A stretch of 64,000 nucleotides of DNA from Phycisphaerae bacterium (lineage in GTDB: Bacteria > Planctomycetota > Phycisphaerae > UBA1845), in the NCBI GenBank assembly GCA_963666835.2, contig CAXXGO010000006.1:96001-160000 (forward strand), in the 5' to 3' direction. Made by a program: the position numbers and the translations under genes. How positions within the stretch are numbered: the first letter of the stretch is position 1; each line of letters begins with the position of its first letter. The notes below the pieces were generated by a model. The model made no database searches. It was given only the letters and a program-made list of their open reading frames with translations, and was not told where the DNA came from. Below are positions 60,679-64,000 of this stretch, one piece after another.

Positions 60679-60769
60679 CAATCAGCAATCCCAGGGGTCT
60701 CCAACCGCACCGTCCGGTCGGTCGACCCCTCACCAAACGGGGCTGAACGTCCAATATGGACCAACTCAC

Positions 60770-60799
60770 AGCGTACCAACACCAGATGTTGAGTGTCAA
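60770..60799 (-). promoter_or_regulatory. sigma70 promoter of nrdR containing an NrdR-box-like palindrome
   Basis: Minus strand TTGACA-N18-TACGCT (extended TG); spacer contains ACACCAGATGTTGAGT (60779-60794). Confidence 0.65.
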
Positions 60800-60897
60800 A
60801 TGGTCCGGACGAAGGCAGGCCCGAGCCCGCCACGGTCAACGCCGTTTTTTCCCCCCGGCGCTGGACGCAATGGCCGGTCTTCGCTTAAGTACCGGAC

Positions 60898-62205
60898 ATG
60901 GGAAGACTGGTGCAGAAGAAGTTAGGCGGAACTCTGGTCAGTGGGTTCTCGCTGGCCGGAGAAGAGAGCGTGGTCGCGGCTCCGGAGTACAACGTCTGTT
61001 TTGACATCGGACGGGCTCCGCGAGAGGTGATCTCTATCGACAATGTGTGCCTGACCCACGGCCACATGGATCATGCGGCAGGCGTTGCGTATTATTTTTC
61101 ACAACGGTGCTTTATTGGCAATTCGCCCGGGCGGGTCATTGTTCACCGAAGTCTGGCGCAGTCCATCCAGAAGCTCATGGACGTTTGGGCGGACATCGAG
61201 GGGCACCCGTCAGCCGGACAGGTGTACGGCGTAGAGCATCTCGAGGATGTTCCGATTCGCCGGGGGCTCATCGTTCGTCCTTTCACGGTCAACCACACTG
61301 GCAGTTCGCTCGGCTTCACGATAGTCGACGTGCGGCATCGGCTGAAAGAGGAACTCCAGGGCAAGCTGGGGCCGGAACTGGTTGCCCTCAAAAAACAGGG
61401 GGTCGAGATCGAGGACCACGTGGAGATCCCGGTGCTTACATACCCGGGTGATACCGCCCCCGGGCGATTCCTGGATCTGGATTTCGTGCGGAAAAGTCGC
61501 GCCGTGTTACTGGAATGTACCTTCTTCGAGGACGACCACCGTGTCCGCGCTCAAGCCGGCCGGCACATTCACGTGGATCAACTACCCCGAGTCCTCGCGG
61601 CCGTCCCTGACGCGGAGGTGATGCTCATCCATCTCACGAGAAGAACCGACCTCCGGGCGGCCAAGCATCAGCTTCGGTCCGTCCTTACGCCCAGCGATCT
61701 TGAACGAGTAAGCTTCCTGATGGACCGACCGAGGCGCCTGCCTCCGGGTCACCGACCGGATGGTGTCGAGACATTGAATGCGAAAACGCCCCATGCCGCC
61801 TCGCGGGGGATAATTTACAGCAAGAATGCTAACATTGTTGAGATATTTGCCCGTACCGGGACGGCTGCGAAGCGGTCGCCCATGCCACGCAGGCCACCGA
61901 AGACAAAAAACCTGGCGGTTATAGGGTTGCGGTCGGTTGGGGAACGTAGTAAAAGACCCCGCTTCTGGAGCGGATGGATGTACGCACGCAAGGCGCGTAG
62001 CTTCGTTGCCCTGTTGGCGTTTGTCGATCCCGCATGGAAGAGGTGGTTCGGCGAGTGTTCCTTGGCGCGGATCGCTCGGGTGTTTGTCAGGCCGAGCCAC
62101 CAGTTGGGGAGTGTTGCGAACGGGGCGGAAGCGTTCAGCGCAGACGCCTGGAGAAGTGCTTACTACGTCTACTTTCGCGAATGCCCTTCCGGCGCGGGGG
62201 GGTGA
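60898..62205 (+). CDS. Metallo-beta-lactamase fold hydrolase (RNase Z-like); homologous-looking part ends near 61750
   Basis: THGHMDH, VNH, YPGDT, ECTF, HIH, LIH motifs. The last ~150 codons look like non-coding read-through. Confidence 0.8.
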   Translation: MGRLVQKKLGGTLVSGFSLAGEESVVAAPEYNVCFDIGRAPREVISIDNVCLTHGHMDHAAGVAYYFSQRCFIGNSPGRVIVHRSLAQSIQKLMDVWADIEGHPSAGQVYGVEHLEDVPIRRGLIVRPFTVNHTGSSLGFTIVDVRHRLKEELQGKLGPELVALKKQGVEIEDHVEIPVLTYPGDTAPGRFLDLDFVRKSRAVLLECTFFEDDHRVRAQAGRHIHVDQLPRVLAAVPDAEVMLIHLTRRTDLRAAKHQLRSVLTPSDLERVSFLMDRPRRLPPGHRPDGVETLNAKTPHAASRGIIYSKNANIVEIFARTGTAAKRSPMPRRPPKTKNLAVIGLRSVGERSKRPRFWSGWMYARKARSFVALLAFVDPAWKRWFGECSLARIARVFVRPSHQLGSVANGAEAFSADAWRSAYYVYFRECPSGAGG

Positions 62206-62242
62206 AGCGTTGTGTTCAGTTTCTGAAGAGAAAGGGATCGAT

Positions 62243-62323
62243 ATGAGTTGGTGGTGGTGGATTGGTATTGCCGGTGTGGTTGCGTATTTCCTCTTCTACG
62301 GCATGGGAACCACGACAGCGTAA
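62243..62323 (+). CDS. 26-aa Trp-rich hydrophobic peptide 1 (MSWWWWIGIAGVVAYFLFYGMGTTTA)
   Basis: RBS-like AAAGGG 6 nt before ATG; paralog 239 nt downstream with the same length and frame. Confidence 0.8.
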   Translation: MSWWWWIGIAGVVAYFLFYGMGTTTA

Positions 62324-62481
62324 GTGCCAACCGGGGGCTTCTCCGGTGGATGATTGAGAACAAGGGCAGCTGAGCAGTCTGTGCTCGGTTGCGGTCGGAG
62401 TCTGTTGGAGAACGCGGTCGTCCGCCAATGCCGGCGGGTCGTCTGCGAATATCTCCCTTTTTTATGACGAAAGGAATCGAT

Positions 62482-62562
62482 ATGACTTGGTGGTGGTGGA
62501 TTGCTATTGCTGGTGTGGTTGGATATCTGCTGTACTCGGGGATGTTCACCACGACAGCGTAA
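62482..62562 (+). CDS. 26-aa Trp-rich hydrophobic peptide 2 (MTWWWWIAIAGVVGYLLYSGMFTTTA)
   Basis: RBS AAAGGA; differs from peptide 1 largely by conservative changes with no indels; homology is confined to RBS through stop. Confidence 0.8.
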   Translation: MTWWWWIAIAGVVGYLLYSGMFTTTA

Positions 62563-62599
62563 ACGCAGCCCGGACCTTGAAGTTCGGACAGACGTTGAG

Positions 62600-62658
62600 A
62601 AACAACACGGCGAGGGACACGCTGGTCGACCAGGGTGTTTCACTCGCCGTGTTTTTTT
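62600..62658 (+). terminator. Long hairpin plus U-tract terminator after the peptide pair
   Basis: AACACGGCGAG-GGACAC-GCTGGTCGACCAG-GGTGTTTC-A-CTCGCCGTGTT followed by a T run; A-rich 5' side, so possibly bidirectional. Confidence 0.8.
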
Positions 62659-63051
62659 CATGGTCGAGGCGCGAGACCTGCCGCGTCCTTTGCGTGATGC
62701 GCGCAGCAGTGTGTTCGCGCGATGACGCACTCCCGGGCGGTCGCGATGCGGGCACAGGCCCTCAATCGCAAATGCCCGGGAAGCCGTTGGGTGTGGTCGA
62801 GGAACGAGACTGGCCGTAGTCTTTGTGTGATCCCGGTAGCCGTCCGTCGGATCTTCGGGACGGATCACGGGCCGGCAACATGGCAGCGGGCGAGGTGGAT
62901 CGTGCTCTTGCGTACCCCTGCGGCGGACCGTACACTTTGTGGTTTGCGCTTTGCAGCGGACGGCATACCCGATAGTCTCAGGTAATGGGGCTGTAGCGGC
63001 GCGGCCTACCGGCGACATGGGGGCGACCGGCGACAGCAACCAGTTAAGAAG

Positions 63052-64000
63052 GTGGTACAAGACGCGATGACGGCGGAAGCGATTCGGGAGCAGGTCAAGG
63101 CGGGACGGTTTGACGAAGCTCGGCAGGCTCTTGAGGCCATGGGCGAGACTGACGAGAACCGGACTGAGCGATTGTTTCTGCAGGGACGGGTACAGGAAGG
63201 CGAGTATGATCGTAGTGGGGCTCTAGCCACGTACGAAGAGGTGTTGAACCTGGATTCGGAGCACAAGGAAGCCCGTTTTCGGGCCGCGTTGCTTGCAGAC
63301 CTTCTCGGCGACGACGACCGGGCGATCGAGCTCTACGAACGGTGTGTGTCGGACGATTCGGTGCCGGTCAACGCGTTGATCAACCTGGCGGTTCTCTACG
63401 AGGAGAACGGGCAGCTTGGCGACGCGGAGTGGTGCCTCAAGAGCGTGCTGACGACCTACCCAAACCACCGCCGGGCGCGGCATTTTCTCAGTTCCGTCGA
63501 GAGCACCTACACGATGGTGTACGACGAGAAGAGCGTTCGCGATCGCGAGCACCGGTTCGCGGTGATGGACACACCGGTCACCGATTTCGAGTTGAGCGTT
63601 CGCAGCCGCAACTGTCTCAGGCAGATGAACATCCGGACCCTTGGCGATCTGCTCAGAACCACGGAAGCGGAGTTGCTTTCTTACAAGAACTTCGGGGACA
63701 CGTCGCTCAACGAGATCCAGGCGATGTTGCGCCAGAAAGGTTTGCGGTTGGGGCAGGCGATCTCGCCGCTGGACGGCGAGGGCGGTCCGTTCGGGGGGGC
63801 GATTGATCCGATCGGCGCCTCGGCGAACCCTCACTTGAGCAGGCCGGTCTCCGAACTCGAACTTTCCGTACGCTCCCGAAAATGCCTGCAAGCTCTGGGC
63901 ATAACGACCATCGGCGAGTTGATGAAGCGAAGCGAGACCGAGCTGATGGCCTCTAAGAACTTCGGGCAAACGTCACTGGCGGAGATCAAACATCAGCTTT
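63052..64000 (+). CDS. TPR-repeat protein with two RNA polymerase alpha C-terminal domains (3' truncated by window end)
   Basis: Hand translation (absent from the ORF track): TPR-like helices, then TPVTDFELSVRSRNCLRQMNIRTLGDL...KNFGDTSLNEI and RPVSELELSVRSRKCL...KNFGQTSLAEI. Start GTG 63052 or ATG 63067. Confidence 0.92.
   Translation, partial: MVQDAMTAEAIREQVKAGRFDEARQALEAMGETDENRTERLFLQGRVQEGEYDRSGALATYEEVLNLDSEHKEARFRAALLADLLGDDDRAIELYERCVSDDSVPVNALINLAVLYEENGQLGDAEWCLKSVLTTYPNHRRARHFLSSVESTYTMVYDEKSVRDREHRFAVMDTPVTDFELSVRSRNCLRQMNIRTLGDLLRTTEAELLSYKNFGDTSLNEIQAMLRQKGLRLGQAISPLDGEGGPFGGAIDPIGASANPHLSRPVSELELSVRSRKCLQALGITTIGELMKRSETELMASKNFGQTSLAEIKHQL

Noticed and set aside
62243..62658. 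Classical trp attenuator leader
   Set aside because: No trp biosynthesis or transport gene downstream, and a duplicated TM-like peptide is atypical of leader peptides. Trp sensing is kept only as a hypothesis.
63052..64000. rpoA
   Set aside because: Lacks the alpha N-terminal domain and the ribosomal-protein operon context.

Overview
High-GC bacterial chromosomal window, most likely Planctomycetota (Phycisphaerae-like). This is inferred from the TPR-alphaCTD protein, DUF58/BatA-VWA pair, dockerin-like and DCNxNGIPDEC Cys-repeat secreted proteins, and PEP-/IPTL-CTERM tags. About 40 genes: five peptidase families (S41 tricorn-like, CPBP fused to an ABC permease, S8, M20, C10), two hybrid histidine kinases, two ABC systems, many modular secreted proteins, and housekeeping genes (dapL, folK, comM, nrdR, RNase Z-like). 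Intergenic DNA is crowded with several REP-like hairpin families (GTAG- and GGGTG-headed), including REPIN-like doublets, a 4 x 282-bp mosaic tandem array and palindromic MITE-like elements. No transposase, rRNA, tRNA or CRISPR-cas was recognised. Most notable observations: (1) two unannotated paralogous 26-aa WWWW-containing membrane peptides with their own RBSs and terminator (62243-62562); (2) secreted proteases/adhesins carrying dockerin-like tails, one cohesin-like domain and a shared C-terminal '...CP-stop' domain; (3) REP modules that show covariation, flank a cargo gene and supply a stop codon; (4) an NrdR-box-like site inside the nrdR promoter; (5) a TPR protein with two RNA-polymerase alpha-CTDs. 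All family calls come from motifs read by eye; no database searches were run.
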